Part shown: positions 19,859-29,494 of the stretch, piece after piece
Numbering within the stretch: the stretch's first letter is position 1
Layout: the number at the start of each line of letters is the position of its first letter
NCBI GenBank assembly: GCA_016840065.1
Contig: JAEOTB010000091.1
Span: 54,233 to 118,232, forward strand
DNA from: Candidatus Hermodarchaeota archaeon
GTDB taxonomy: Archaea; Asgardarchaeota; Hermodarchaeia; Hermodarchaeales; Hermodarchaeaceae
DNA: 64,000 bases
Direction: 5' to 3'
Position numbers and translations under genes: made by a program
The notes under the pieces: generated by a model
What the model saw: only the letters and a program-made list of their open reading frames with translations
Database searches by the model: none
Told to the model about the DNA's origin: nothing

Positions 19859-20284
19859 TTATCGTTGTACAAGCTGTGAGATTTGTTTCCGCATTGCTTC
19901 AAGTTGTGCATATGCTTTACGTAGGTGTTCTTGTTGGCGCCTTGATATATCTAACAACTGTTCTTGTTGTTTTTCGAAGCCAGCAAGAGCCTCCTCGAGG
20001 GACTTCTCTGCAGCAAAACCTGCTCCAAGAGCGACAATCACATGAGATGCATTTGCGAGGTTTACACGGAGATGAACCCCAGAGCCAATGCTGACTAGAA
20101 TTTCATCACCGGGTTCGTGGTTTTTAAGTTCGGAAACAGCTTTTGCCGTTTCAGCGAGACGCGATTCTTGAGCTTGGAACATCTGGAGATTTGATTGACC
20201 ACGAGCAATCTCCTCTTCCATTATTTGGATATTCTGAACGAGTTGGCGTGCATATTGTTCTCTCTGTTGCTGTTCTTCAGACAT
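19859..20284 (-). CDS. pfdA: Prefoldin alpha subunit
   Basis: Coiled coils flanking EILVSIGSGV..VIVALGAG; conserved context. Confidence 0.9.
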   Translation of the reverse strand: MSEEQQQREQYARQLVQNIQIMEEEIARGQSNLQMFQAQESRLAETAKAVSELKNHEPGDEILVSIGSGVHLRVNLANASHVIVALGAGFAAEKSLEEALAGFEKQQEQLLDISRRQQEHLRKAYAQLEAMRKQISQLVQR

Positions 20285-20329
20285 TGGTTAATATCCCCTA
20301 ATCCGTATTAGCTGCGGGTTTGTTCTAAA

Positions 20330-20563
20330 CTAATCGATTCCAGCAAGTCGTCTGACAATCAGTGTTTTCGCTTCAGTGGGAGGTATTTCTGTCACTTGAT
20401 CAATTGTTATTTTTTGTCGCTTCACTCGATGAAAACTCCCGACTTCTGTGTAGACCTGTTCGCAAGCGTGTTCCTCGGTAATTGCACGGATTTCTCGACT
20501 AAATCTAAATTGCTTGTTACGCCGGATGTATGTGCCCTGGATGCGAAATACTTTCACTGACAT
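20330..20563 (-). CDS. rpl18a: Ribosomal protein eL20 (L18Ae/LX)
   Basis: KVFRIQG, VYTEVGSFHRVKR. Confidence 0.92.
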   Translation of the reverse strand: MSVKVFRIQGTYIRRNKQFRFSREIRAITEEHACEQVYTEVGSFHRVKRQKITIDQVTEIPPTEAKTLIVRRLAGID

Positions 20564-20683
20564 AATGCTGACCTCATTTCAATATGCAGCTACTCAACCG
20601 AATGGGTGACCATATTTTAAAGATTGCCCAAACACTCCTATCCTTCAAGAAGCATCCTACTTCTAGGGAAACGGGTTTAGATA

Positions 20684-21367
20684 TTATGCAAAAAATGTTT
20701 GACTAATTGCCATTAGTTCAGGGCCTGTAGTCTCGAATCCCGCAGCTGCAGCGTGGCTAGTAGCTAGGAGGCCGATGGAAACATAGGGAACTCCACAATT
20801 AATCGTACTTACATCAGCTGGAACACCAAAAAAATCTGAGAGGTGTTCCAATTCTGGACTGGAAATACCTGTATGAGCTAGCAGCCCCCTATTTGTTACA
20901 GTACAATAGGAGCCTACGAGGTTGGACCCTGCAACTGTGCCCGCCTCGACCTCAACATCTAGAGCATCTTGGATGGCTTGGACTTCTTCTCTAGTGAATT
21001 CGCTACTCACGAGGGCAGCTTTATCATTGACAAGAACCAAGTTCCCAAGCGCTGTTAGACGCGATTTCAGAGAGACTATTGAACCCTCTATCGACGAACT
21101 TAGTGCTTTAATCTCTTCATCTAGCGTAAAGTGCGGCACTAGTAGACCATTCACGTTCCCAGCGGATAATATACCTACTAGAGAACTGTCACCAAGAGTC
21201 GTAATGATTGGCGGCATCTCGAAGAGGTCTTCTAATGCGCGTTGGGTTGGTTCGCGGTTCGATGCTAGGAGTAGCCAGTAATCAGTAACACGACAGAAAG
21301 CACCAATATTTGAACTGCCACTGAAATTGAGCCGCCGAACCTTCCCTTGCATAGAAACAAGCCACAC
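20684..21367 (-). CDS. eif6: Translation initiation factor aIF6
   Basis: GSSNIGAF, ALGNLVLVND, TTGPEL. Confidence 0.93.
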   Translation of the reverse strand: MWLVSMQGKVRRLNFSGSSNIGAFCRVTDYWLLLASNREPTQRALEDLFEMPPIITTLGDSSLVGILSAGNVNGLLVPHFTLDEEIKALSSSIEGSIVSLKSRLTALGNLVLVNDKAALVSSEFTREEVQAIQDALDVEVEAGTVAGSNLVGSYCTVTNRGLLAHTGISSPELEHLSDFFGVPADVSTINCGVPYVSIGLLATSHAAAAGFETTGPELMAISQTFFA

Positions 21368-21400
21368 ATTGAAAATAGAGTAGAAAGATATCCGCTTCTA

Positions 21401-21724
21401 CTATTGTCCTTCTACCAGATAGACTCGGACTATTCCTTCTTTATCTTTGGTTGTTCTAACCCGAACCCGCCGCGGAGGTTTTTGAATCCCCCGCGCCCAC
21501 AAATATTCATTAAGCGCTGGATCAATAATCAAATCCTCTTCCCCTTCTTCGGGCTTCATATGCCGAATAATAAAAGCACGCACCATATTAACCGCTCGTT
21601 TCGCACGCCTAGTACGCACCGTATCATAGACTTTACCAAGAGGAATAGTGTAAAGCCTCTCAACAACTACATCATCAACTACTTCAGGAACAGCCGAACC
21701 TGTTAACCCTTCTTCACTTGACAT
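21401..21724 (-). CDS. rpl31e: Ribosomal protein eL31
   Basis: ERLYTIPL, RAKRAV, LNEYLWARGIQKPP. Confidence 0.95.
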   Translation of the reverse strand: MSSEEGLTGSAVPEVVDDVVVERLYTIPLGKVYDTVRTRRAKRAVNMVRAFIIRHMKPEEGEEDLIIDPALNEYLWARGIQKPPRRVRVRTTKDKEGIVRVYLVEGQ

Positions 21725-21738
21725 ACTCGAATTAACTC

Positions 21739-21894
21739 CTATGGCTTAAGTTTTGAACGCCGCCACTGCCGACGCTTAGGATGATTGCGAACCTTACCCG
21801 CTGTTTTTACCATAATCCACGTTGGCACACTGACATTCGATTTTAGTGCTCGTGCTAGACGGAGTTTCTTGCCGAGAGGTTTGTTTCGTGCCAT
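21739..21894 (-). CDS. rpl39e: Ribosomal protein eL39 (51 aa, missing from ORF track)
   Basis: Manual translation [51 protein letters not shown]. Confidence 0.95.
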   Translation of the reverse strand: MARNKPLGKKLRLARALKSNVSVPTWIMVKTAGKVRNHPKRRQWRRSKLKP

Positions 21895-21947
21895 TTCTCT
21901 TCACATCTATTTGGGACGTCTTTTGGTTATCTTTCTTGTGATTTTTT

Positions 21948-22283
21948 CTAGTGCTTGAATTGGATTTTCGGCTCTCGTTGGCGTGCGCGTACTTGGGCGA
22001 GCATTTGTTTTAGTTGTCTGTCTGATAGGGGAATGGAGGGTAGCCGTTTCATTTGTGCTAGACGAATCAGTTCGTTTTCTATCTGTTCGGCAAAAGCTGG
22101 CTTGACCATCCTGAGGTTTACCAGTCTTGCTCGGGCTTCTGGTGTTAGAATCTGGCGTAGAACTGCGTCTTTTTGCCTTCGAAACTCTTCATGCTGGGCG
22201 GCAGCTTGCTGCTCTTCGGCAGCAGCACGTTGGAGTTCAGCCATCTTTCGCCGCCGAATTTGTTCCATTTCTTCGTCGCTCAG
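21948..22283 (-). CDS. PDCD5/TFAR19-like DNA-binding protein
   Basis: IRRRKMAELQ, LRQILTPEARARL; probable CTG start at 22283 (ORF track start 22268). Confidence 0.9.
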   Translation of the reverse strand: MSDEEMEQIRRRKMAELQRAAAEEQQAAAQHEEFRRQKDAVLRQILTPEARARLVNLRMVKPAFAEQIENELIRLAQMKRLPSIPLSDRQLKQMLAQVRARQREPKIQFKH

Positions 22284-22305
22284 ATTTTTACCCTCCCATT
22301 AACTT

Positions 22306-22734
22306 TCAACTTGCATCCTGCGTTAGGGTCATATGTGCTAATCGGTCAAGGAAGGACCGCCCCTTGCTGGACAACACTCGCCCTACACCTTTCTCTAGGG
22401 TTACCAAGCCAGCCTTTTCTAACTGTTGAAGGGCCTTTCTGATAATTGAGCCGCTACCCCGAGCAAAATGGTTGGGGCGTGTTCCCCGCCTATTTTTACC
22501 GCCGTATGCTGTGCGCAGACGTGAAACACCGGTTTTCCCCTTTACGTAAAGGCGGCGGAGAATCGCTGCGCACCGGATATACCACCAATCAGGATCGGTT
22601 GGAGGTCGCTCTTTGTGGGCACCTGTCTTAACGTAACCCGCCCATTTAGGCGGCTTTACCTCTTTCGCTTTTTTCAGTTCCTCTGCAATACGAGGGATTA
22701 GCACTTCTGCAGCAATATCATAGACCGTTGACAT
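22306..22734 (-). CDS. rps19e: Ribosomal protein eS19
   Basis: PKWAGYVKTG, DWWYIRCAAILR, GSGSIIRKALQQLE. Confidence 0.96.
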   Translation of the reverse strand: MSTVYDIAAEVLIPRIAEELKKAKEVKPPKWAGYVKTGAHKERPPTDPDWWYIRCAAILRRLYVKGKTGVSRLRTAYGGKNRRGTRPNHFARGSGSIIRKALQQLEKAGLVTLEKGVGRVLSSKGRSFLDRLAHMTLTQDAS

Positions 22735-22832
22735 CGTAAAGACCCCACTGTTGCATGGAATGCAAACTCACTGACAGGTCGGCTCACGGTAGTCGGAGAG
22801 CCCTATAAAATTCTTTCGAGGTCTGCAGTAAA

Positions 22833-23114
22833 TCAAACGGCTTTTCGTGATAAAACAACAACCAAGCCTCGTCGTCCGCAGGCAACACAGGAGGTTCGTT
22901 CTATTAACTCGGCTATTATCTTGTTCAATGTACCTCCCGATAAGGCTGATGGTAGTACTCGCACCTTAATCAGTTCTTTACCCTTAAGCTGGCGCTTTAC
23001 CTCTGCCACAACCCGTTCACTCACTCCAGCCTTCCCGATCCGAACACTTGGTTTCTCTTCAGCCCAAAACCTTGCTAATTCGCGTCTATCTTTTACCATC
23101 TCATAACCACCCAC
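22833..23114 (-). CDS. YhbY/CRM-domain RNA-binding protein
   Basis: PSVRIGKAGV, ELIKVRVL; conserved rnp4-yhbY-rps19e context. Confidence 0.85.
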   Translation of the reverse strand: MGGYEMVKDRRELARFWAEEKPSVRIGKAGVSERVVAEVKRQLKGKELIKVRVLPSALSGGTLNKIIAELIERTSCVACGRRGLVVVLSRKAV

Positions 23115-23120
23115 TCTACA

Positions 23121-23459
23121 TCATGATTGTACTCTTCGACTCTTGCGTTTCCATACACGCTTACTCCGGTGCCCACAGGAACACGTTACAATGAGTGAAC
23201 TGTTTCTACCAGCTCTGCGCAAACGTACACGGCTGTTTACACCGAACTGAAATGGTGTTGCACACCTGCGGCAGAACAGGTAACGATACTCGTGTGGTAA
23301 GCAGACCCTAGTCCGCATCACAATACGCTGCACTATTTGCACATAATGCTTCGCCAGCGTAGGTTGTGTACTCTTTACCTCCTCCGCAAGCTCAATTAAC
23401 ATACGAAGCCGCCTCTGAACAAGCCTGCGCCATCTTCTTGCTCCGTGGAACCGTCTCAC
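23121..23459 (-). CDS. rnp4: Ribonuclease P protein component 4 (Rpp21)
   Basis: FCRRC...SRVRL...VTCSCG zinc ribbon; start moved to GTG 23459 because the longer ORF overlaps tRNA-Gly. Confidence 0.85.
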   Translation of the reverse strand: MRRFHGARRWRRLVQRRLRMLIELAEEVKSTQPTLAKHYVQIVQRIVMRTRVCLPHEYRYLFCRRCATPFQFGVNSRVRLRRAGRNSSLIVTCSCGHRSKRVWKRKSRRVQS

Positions 23460-23498
23460 ATCAATCAGCCACACGATTAGAAACCAAAGAAAGGGAAA

Positions 23499-23594
23499 TG
23501 GTGCGCTGACCGGGATTCGAACCCGGGCGCCCAGCGCTCTGCTGATGACAAGCATCGATGGCAGGCTGGAATCATACCACTAGATTATCAGCGC
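23499..23594 (-). tRNA. tRNA-Gly(GCC) with canonical 37/38 intron (23537-23558, 22 nt)
   Basis: GCGCTGA acceptor, CCAGC-CTGCCA[intron]C-GCTGG, GGTTCGAATCC, encoded CCA. Confidence 0.92.
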
Positions 23595-23715
23595 ACGAGT
23601 GAGGGTTTACAAGTGTTGCCCATTTAAATCATTTCCCGATTACGAAATCAAGGCTGCCCCTCGCGAATCTTTCGTGGAAAAGTTTTAAGGCGCAAGAGGA
23701 CAGGTTGCGTCCTAA

Positions 23716-23819
23716 GCGGCCGTGGTCTAGTGGTATGATTTCGGCCTTCCACGCCGATGCCCCGGGTTCGAATGCAGGACAAGTTCTGTGTCAAGCCGAA
23801 GATCCCGGCGGCCGCACCA
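23716..23819 (+). tRNA. tRNA-Gly(UCC) with T-loop intron at 59/60 (23773-23802, 30 nt)
   Basis: GCGGCCG/CGGCCGC acceptor, TCGGC-CTTCCAC-GCCGA, TTCG/CGAA central helix with AAT and GAT bulges; TTTTAAG TATA upstream. Confidence 0.9.
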
Positions 23820-24013
23820 CTCTTTTTTCAAAATCTATTTTTTAGCTATTTCAGTCACCGCAAATGGCTGCTGGCTTCGAAGTTGTGCTGTTGGCACTTT
23901 CTTTGCCCTAACTTATTTTACTTTCAAACGGTTAATAAAATAATAATATGTATAATATTATAATATAACAGTTAAATATTTATAATAGTAGTGAATTATA
24001 TAACAATGTAAGT

Positions 24014-24499
24014 ATGGTAAACTCGCCCTCCAGCCACAGGATTGCCCTTCGAATACTCCAATGGAAAAAGAGGGGTGAGGGGGCAAACCCCAAGGTGCAA
24101 GAAATGAGTGAAAATAACCTAATATACATTGAACCTCTCGTCATCAACGACTACCAAAAATTCCGTTTCTACGCAAAAAGAGCCGAGTTGGTTACCTTCG
24201 AGACACAGTACTACAACACGCCATTCAAAGAAACAAACATCATCGAACCAGCTCAATACCTCAAAGCCCTCAAAATATGGGCCTTTGGAGTATACATAGA
24301 CCAGCAGCCCTACACACTGACCCACACAATACACTTCCCCTGGATCCCCCACCTCGCCGAGGATTGGGAGACATGGATAAAGATAACCAGCAAAAGACTA
24401 ACCATTCTCACAGAAGAGCTGGAAACCGATCTCCAAGCTATCCAAGGCAACCCATCTCCCCCCTCAGTTCGAGAACTCTGGGTCAAAACACTCCGCTAG
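24014..24499 (+). CDS. Hypothetical protein inserted between tRNA genes
   Basis: 161-aa ORF with C/A-biased codons after a very AT-rich stretch; no recognisable motif. Confidence 0.55.
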   Translation: MVNSPSSHRIALRILQWKKRGEGANPKVQEMSENNLIYIEPLVINDYQKFRFYAKRAELVTFETQYYNTPFKETNIIEPAQYLKALKIWAFGVYIDQQPYTLTHTIHFPWIPHLAEDWETWIKITSKRLTILTEELETDLQAIQGNPSPPSVRELWVKTLR

Positions 24500-24559
24500 A
24501 CACAAATATTCTAATGGGAAAAATTTAAGGCACACCAACCCAGCATCAGCCTACAAATA

Positions 24560-24636
24560 GGGCCGGTAGTCTAGCTGGCTATGACGTCGCCCTGACACGG
24601 CGGAGGTCGTGCGTTCAAATCGCACCCGGCCCACCA
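24560..24636 (+). tRNA. tRNA-Val(GAC)
   Basis: GGGCCGG/CCGGCCC acceptor, TCGCC-CTGACAC-GGCGG, GTTCAAATC, CCA. Confidence 0.95.
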
Positions 24637-24743
24637 CTTTTCCGCTCCTGCAAACTCTTGACTACCAATTCTCATCGATTCAAGTTTAGGAACTGTTGAA
24701 GGGAAAACTCTTAAATCAATGCTGAACTGAATCTTGCAAAGCT

Positions 24744-24853
24744 GCCGACGTAGCTTAGCCCGGGAGTAACCTTGACATTGATCAACGGTTTAGCCCGATA
24801 GCGCGGGACTGAAGATCCCGTTGTCGCTGGTTCAAGTCCGGCCGTCGGCACCA
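24744..24853 (+). tRNA. tRNA-Phe(GAA) with D-arm intron at about 22/23 (24767-24799, 33 nt)
   Basis: GCCGACG/CGTCGGC acceptor, CGGGA-CTGAAGA-TCCCG; removing the insert restores GCTTAGCCCGGGAGAGC D-arm; CGGG/CCCG helix. Confidence 0.87.
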
Positions 24854-24887
24854 CTCTTTCTATTACTGTTTTAGTAATACTGTGCTG

Positions 24888-25352
24888 CTATCGTTTGAAT
24901 AGCCATTCAACTAATATTACTAGGAAAATGGCTAGGAGTGCACCACTGGTATTGGCTAATATGTATTTCACCAAATAGGATGGTTGAGTGATGGGAGTAG
25001 CGAAGAACCATAATAGGTAAACAAGACCCCAGACTGCAAGGACAAGGACAGCGGCGACAAAAAGAGTTGCAAAGCCTCTGAGAAACTGAAAACTAGGGCT
25101 TTCTGTAGGAGCTTGTGTTTGCCTGCGCTTAGGTGTACGTAAAGATGAGATGGTTTCAGCAAGAACAACGGAGCCGGCGACTTGAGCAAGGATGACACCT
25201 AGTGGTACTAGAGTAAGAACAATCGGTGAAGCGATATGAAGAGCATTTACAGCCAGGTATGACATAACAACTTGGACAAGCCCGAACAATCCTAGAATGA
25301 CGAAAAGATAAGCAAATCCTTCAGATGTTTTCCAATAGTAAACTACTGACAT
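24888..25352 (-). CDS. Hypothetical four-TM membrane protein
   Basis: Four hydrophobic segments; fills gap between tRNAs. Confidence 0.65.
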   Translation of the reverse strand: MSVVYYWKTSEGFAYLFVILGLFGLVQVVMSYLAVNALHIASPIVLTLVPLGVILAQVAGSVVLAETISSLRTPKRRQTQAPTESPSFQFLRGFATLFVAAVLVLAVWGLVYLLWFFATPITQPSYLVKYILANTSGALLAIFLVILVEWLFKR

Positions 25353-25439
25353 GATGAGTCCTCAGCAGATGTAATACGCATCGCATAGGAGGAAAGGGTA
25401 TTAATGTTTTTTCTGTTTCAAAGTAGAGTAAAAGGAAAA

Positions 25440-25514
<75 letters not shown>

Positions 25515-25655
25515 TTTAGAGCTTGGTTTCGTTTGTAATTTAGAGTTATAAGAATTTTGGCGGGAATACTATAACTGTTAAATTCCTGAAAATTTATGTG
25601 CTTTGGGTGAACTGCGCTCTGTTAGTGACCCACTGGTTATGTGAGTTTTAGGGAG

Positions 25656-25841
25656 TTATACGAGTCGAGTGCGAGTGACTGTTTTTGTCTGCCACTTGTA
25701 CCTTGTTATCTTTGCCGATTTTCCGAAGCCGCAGGCTGAGCATTTCTTCTTTCGGACGTGATATGAGCGTCGTCCGCAGCGGCGGCAGCGGATGTGCGTT
25801 TTCTTGTTGTGTTTGCCTCTTGATGGTGTCCCTTTGCCCAT
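25656..25841 (-). CDS. rpl37e: Ribosomal protein eL37
   Basis: [18 protein letters not shown]...CSACGFG. Confidence 0.96.
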   Translation of the reverse strand: MGKGTPSRGKHNKKTHIRCRRCGRRSYHVRKKKCSACGFGKSAKITRYKWQTKTVTRTRLV

Positions 25842-25846
25842 GTCGA

Positions 25847-26107
25847 CTACTTCCCTTTAGGTTTTCTTGGTGGGGCTTTTGATGAGGGTGAGAGGAGTAT
25901 GACGTTGTCACCGCGGAGAATGACTGTCCCTAGCTCTAGGGGCTCGCCGTCAGTGAGGTCTTGGGCTTGCTCTAGTATTAGGTTGAGGTGTTGATCATAA
26001 CCGCGCAGTCGTCCGCGAAGTTTACGGTCACCCTTCAGCTTGACTAGAACTTGAGCGTTGAGTGACTTGCTAAGCAAATCCATTGGTCTTTGTCCGGTTT
26101 CTGCCAA
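25847..26107 (-). CDS. Sm-like archaeal protein (SmAP1/Lsm)
   Basis: [22 protein letters not shown]; upstream of rpl37e. Confidence 0.94.
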   Translation of the reverse strand: MAETGQRPMDLLSKSLNAQVLVKLKGDRKLRGRLRGYDQHLNLILEQAQDLTDGEPLELGTVILRGDNVILLSPSSKAPPRKPKGK

Positions 26108-26250
26108 GTGAAAGGCTCCTATCTGGTAATCGTCAAGGGCATCCTTTAGAGACTTTAAAAACGTTGTGTAGAAATATAGTTGAAGAGTGTGTGGGAAACA
26201 TCCAAAAGTAGCCTGATTCAGAAATCAGGTAAGCCTGACGGAGCGATTAT

Positions 26251-26766
26251 ATGCGGGTAAAACATCGACATCAGCTACGAACAAAGGAACGGCGCGCGTT
26301 ACAAGAACAACTCGCAGCTACTCCAACACTGTTACATAAGGAATTAGTAGGTTCCAGTGCTGGGAAAACATCTGTTGAACGCATTGTTCTTGAGACTAAG
26401 ACAGAACTGTTCCTCATCAACGAAAGACTCTGGCTTGTTCGTACAAAGGATATGGTGTATCCCTCATTACACGCGCTTCTTGATGGCGTTGTAACATTAC
26501 CCACGGTTGTTGTGGATATAGGTGCTGTACCATATATCGTGAATGGTGCGGATGTTATGGGGCCTGGCATTGTAGGGGCTGATGATTCGATTGCTGTAGG
26601 CGATATTGTAGTTGTTATTGATCAGAAGAATCGGACGCCTATAGCAATTGGTCAAGCAAATTTTGAAGCAGACAAGATGAAGGCAAAGTCGAAAGGGCGC
26701 GCGGTTAAAGTAATTATGTATGTTGGGGATTGGCTCTGGGACCTCATGAAAAGCCTGTCAACTTGA
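26251..26766 (+). CDS. PUA-domain RNA-binding protein (MCT-1/Tma20-like)
   Basis: VVVDIGAVPYIVNGADVMGPGI, YVGD.LW. Confidence 0.9.
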   Translation: MRVKHRHQLRTKERRALQEQLAATPTLLHKELVGSSAGKTSVERIVLETKTELFLINERLWLVRTKDMVYPSLHALLDGVVTLPTVVVDIGAVPYIVNGADVMGPGIVGADDSIAVGDIVVVIDQKNRTPIAIGQANFEADKMKAKSKGRAVKVIMYVGDWLWDLMKSLST

Positions 26767-26833
26767 AAGGGCGAAGGTTTTTCAGGGAAGGCTTCGTTGT
26801 TGCCGCATTAGATTCCACTTAGAGGACAACGTC

Positions 26834-27214
26834 ATGGGATTTTTTCGAAGGAAAAGCAAGAACAAAACCGCGTTAGAAGAGAGTGCAGAGCCTACGGTTG
26901 ATGGAGGAGCACACTCACAGATGTTCGTGATGTACAAGGAACTTACGAGTCTTGCTGATGTATCATCAATCTCTGAGGAGGTTCGGAGAGGAAATGTGGT
27001 TATCCTAGATATTGAGCCATTGACTAAGGGCGCTTCAGATTCTATGACACAACTGAAACGTGCCGTAGACCAGTTACGTGCAATTTGTTACAGTATTGGT
27101 GGAGATATCGGGCAGCTTGGTAAACGATACATACTCCTCACGCCAACTGCTGTTAGAATTTTCCGAAAACCTCAAGGGGTAGCCACCAGTCATCAGTCAC
27201 CTAGTGATAGTTGA
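26834..27214 (+). CDS. sepF: Archaeal SepF-like cell division protein
   Basis: EVRRGNVVILDI, GGDIGQLG..YILLTP. Confidence 0.85.
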   Translation: MGFFRRKSKNKTALEESAEPTVDGGAHSQMFVMYKELTSLADVSSISEEVRRGNVVILDIEPLTKGASDSMTQLKRAVDQLRAICYSIGGDIGQLGKRYILLTPTAVRIFRKPQGVATSHQSPSDS

Positions 27215-27229
27215 ACGGGACAGAAGCAA

Positions 27230-28312
27230 ATGAAGAAGGTTTGCATCCGAGTTGAACGTAGTTTCGGTGAACAGCTACGATTACTTCTATTAGATTTAGA
27301 ATTACTGGATTCCGATTACCCAATCACTCTAGAAGGTCAACACCTTATTCTACCCTTACGATTCCGAATAGAAGATTCGGTGCTTTCTAAGCTACAACAC
27401 CAAACGACGTCTCTAACCCTCGTAGAGAAGGAACTCGCACTCCAGAAGCATAGGCCAACAAACCTGACTGAGATATTACAAGATATAGTTCCAGCAGATG
27501 TCCTACCGAAGATACCGCACTCCCTTGACATCATCGGAGATATCGCGATTGTTGAGTTAGATGAGGAGCTAACACCATTCGCGCAGGAGATTGGTAAGGG
27601 ACTCCTGTTAGTACACAGAAATGTGGCTGCTGTTTATTCAAAAGCGGGAATCATATCCGGACCCCACCGAGTTCGCGCGCTAAGTCACATAGCAGGCGAA
27701 GTACGCACAAAAACTGTGCACGTTGAGTATGGAATTCGGATTGTAGTCGATGTCGCAGACACCTATTTTAGTCCACGATTATCCACAGAACACAACCGTG
27801 TTTCAGAACTTGTTCAGTCAAGTGAAAAGATTCTAGATATGTTCACAGGTGTTGGACCCTTCGCTCTACTTGCGGCAAAAAGACAGCCAGTCACTGTTTT
27901 TGCAATCGATATAAACGAGCATGCCATAAGGTGTTTGAACAAGAGCCTTGAACTCAATAAATTAGCTGGCGAAGTAATACCAATACTAGGTGATTGTAGA
28001 CCGGTAGTGCAAGAGAAACTCTGTGGAAAAGCTGACCGTATTATTATGAACCTTCCCCACGATTCTATCATGTTTCTAGATACCGCTGCCATAGCAGCAA
28101 AACCTACTGGGGCAGTCATTCATTTCTACACAATTACTTCAGAAGAGAATCCCTTGGAGAAACAAAGGAACGAGGTATTGGCTTTGCTATCTAGTTATGG
28201 AGCAGTAAGCAACATTGTTAATACTCGTCAAGTTAGACAAACTGCACCTTATGAATCCCAAGTGGTATTTGATATTCAAGTAGAGGGAACAGAAACAACT
28301 AGCGTTATCTGA
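27230..28312 (+). CDS. trm5: tRNA (guanine-37-N1) methyltransferase Trm5 family
   Basis: DIIGDIAI, YFSPRLSTEH, DMFTGVGPF, IMNLP. Confidence 0.92.
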   Translation: MKKVCIRVERSFGEQLRLLLLDLELLDSDYPITLEGQHLILPLRFRIEDSVLSKLQHQTTSLTLVEKELALQKHRPTNLTEILQDIVPADVLPKIPHSLDIIGDIAIVELDEELTPFAQEIGKGLLLVHRNVAAVYSKAGIISGPHRVRALSHIAGEVRTKTVHVEYGIRIVVDVADTYFSPRLSTEHNRVSELVQSSEKILDMFTGVGPFALLAAKRQPVTVFAIDINEHAIRCLNKSLELNKLAGEVIPILGDCRPVVQEKLCGKADRIIMNLPHDSIMFLDTAAIAAKPTGAVIHFYTITSEENPLEKQRNEVLALLSSYGAVSNIVNTRQVRQTAPYESQVVFDIQVEGTETTSVI

Positions 28313-28728
28313 AGCAGTGCAGAAGGATTAATGAGTTCTTGTACTAGTTTTCTGTTTATAGAACCCGCGGCTTTATCGCATCGAATGGCTATTGTTCTGT
28401 CATCTATGTGTGTACTTGTTCGCCAAACTAGTGCAATGGGTGCTTGAAGTGTTAAATCAGGTGACCCAAAACCCTGAACTACATCCGTTACCTCACCTAC
28501 CGAGAGATGTGTCACAACTCTACTTCCTGGTTGTCGTAATATCCAACCTAAGGCTGAGTCGACGTTACGCACTGAGTGGGAGGCGCCTACACCCAATATA
28601 CAATCGCCACGTGGTGACAAAAAATGCTCAGTTGTAACCTCTAAAGTAGATCGGTGAGTTGAACGTACATTGGGGTGACCATGAGCAGTGAAAATGAACG
28701 TATAACTATCAGGAGAGCACACAGACAA
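28276..28728 (-). CDS. DUF371 family protein
   Basis: AHGHPNVRSTH.STLEVT, RGDCILGV, DKAA. Confidence 0.88.
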   Translation of the reverse strand: MSVCSPDSYTFIFTAHGHPNVRSTHRSTLEVTTEHFLSPRGDCILGVGASHSVRNVDSALGWILRQPGSRVVTHLSVGEVTDVVQGFGSPDLTLQAPIALVWRTSTHIDDRTIAIRCDKAAGSINRKLVQELINPSALLQITLVVSVPST

Positions 28729-28775
28729 ATAATATACAAGACATCTATTATATCTTGATGAGTGCTTAGCGCGAC

Positions 28776-29492
28776 TTGATTAACGGTCAAAAAGGTGTTA
28801 TCGTGTCAGAGCAATCAGGGGACCTCGCAACAGAAAAGGAGGCTACTTTGAAGAGGCTCCTTGCAAATGGGTACGTTTCAAGTCCTGAAGTAATGAGAGC
28901 CTATCGCGTTGTACCCCGTGAACTTTTCATCCCAGAGCGTCTCCGAAATAAGGCATATGTTGATCACCCATTACCTATAGGCGAGAGGCAGACAATATCG
29001 GCTATTCACATGTGCTTGATTTATCTTGAGCATCTTCAGTTAGAAAAAGGACTGAAAGTACTAGAGGTTGGTGCAGGATCTGGGTACCATGCAGCCCTCT
29101 GTGCGGAGATAGTGTCACCCACCGGAGAGCCGCTTTCTGGCCATGTTTACACAATCGAAAGAAAAGCTAAACTGGTTGACTTTGCAAGAAACAACCTAGA
29201 TGCATCAGGTTACAGTGATAGGGTTACGGTGATTCTTGCAGACGGAACTTTAGGTTACCCGCCTGAAGCACCTTACGACAGAATTATGGTAGCAGCCGCT
29301 GGTCCTAAGACACCCCCAGCTCTAATCAATCAACTGGCAGATGGTGGACGACTGCTAATTCCCGTGGGTCGAAGAACCTACTATCAGCAGCTTAGACTTG
29401 TCGAAAAGGACCAAGAAGGAAAAACCCATAGTAAGGGGTTGATGGGAGTAGCTTTTGTTCCACTGATTGGAAAAGAAGGATGGTCGGAATAG
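28776..29492 (+). CDS. pcm: Protein-L-isoaspartate O-methyltransferase
   Basis: QTISA, VLEVGAGSGY, APYDRI, FVPLIG. Confidence 0.94.
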   Translation: MINGQKGVIVSEQSGDLATEKEATLKRLLANGYVSSPEVMRAYRVVPRELFIPERLRNKAYVDHPLPIGERQTISAIHMCLIYLEHLQLEKGLKVLEVGAGSGYHAALCAEIVSPTGEPLSGHVYTIERKAKLVDFARNNLDASGYSDRVTVILADGTLGYPPEAPYDRIMVAAAGPKTPPALINQLADGGRLLIPVGRRTYYQQLRLVEKDQEGKTHSKGLMGVAFVPLIGKEGWSE

Positions 29493-29494
29493 AT

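Noticed and set aside
23757-23963. Short ORFs over tRNA genes (also 47173-47361 and 52340-52564)
   Set aside because: They overlap tRNAs and have no protein motifs
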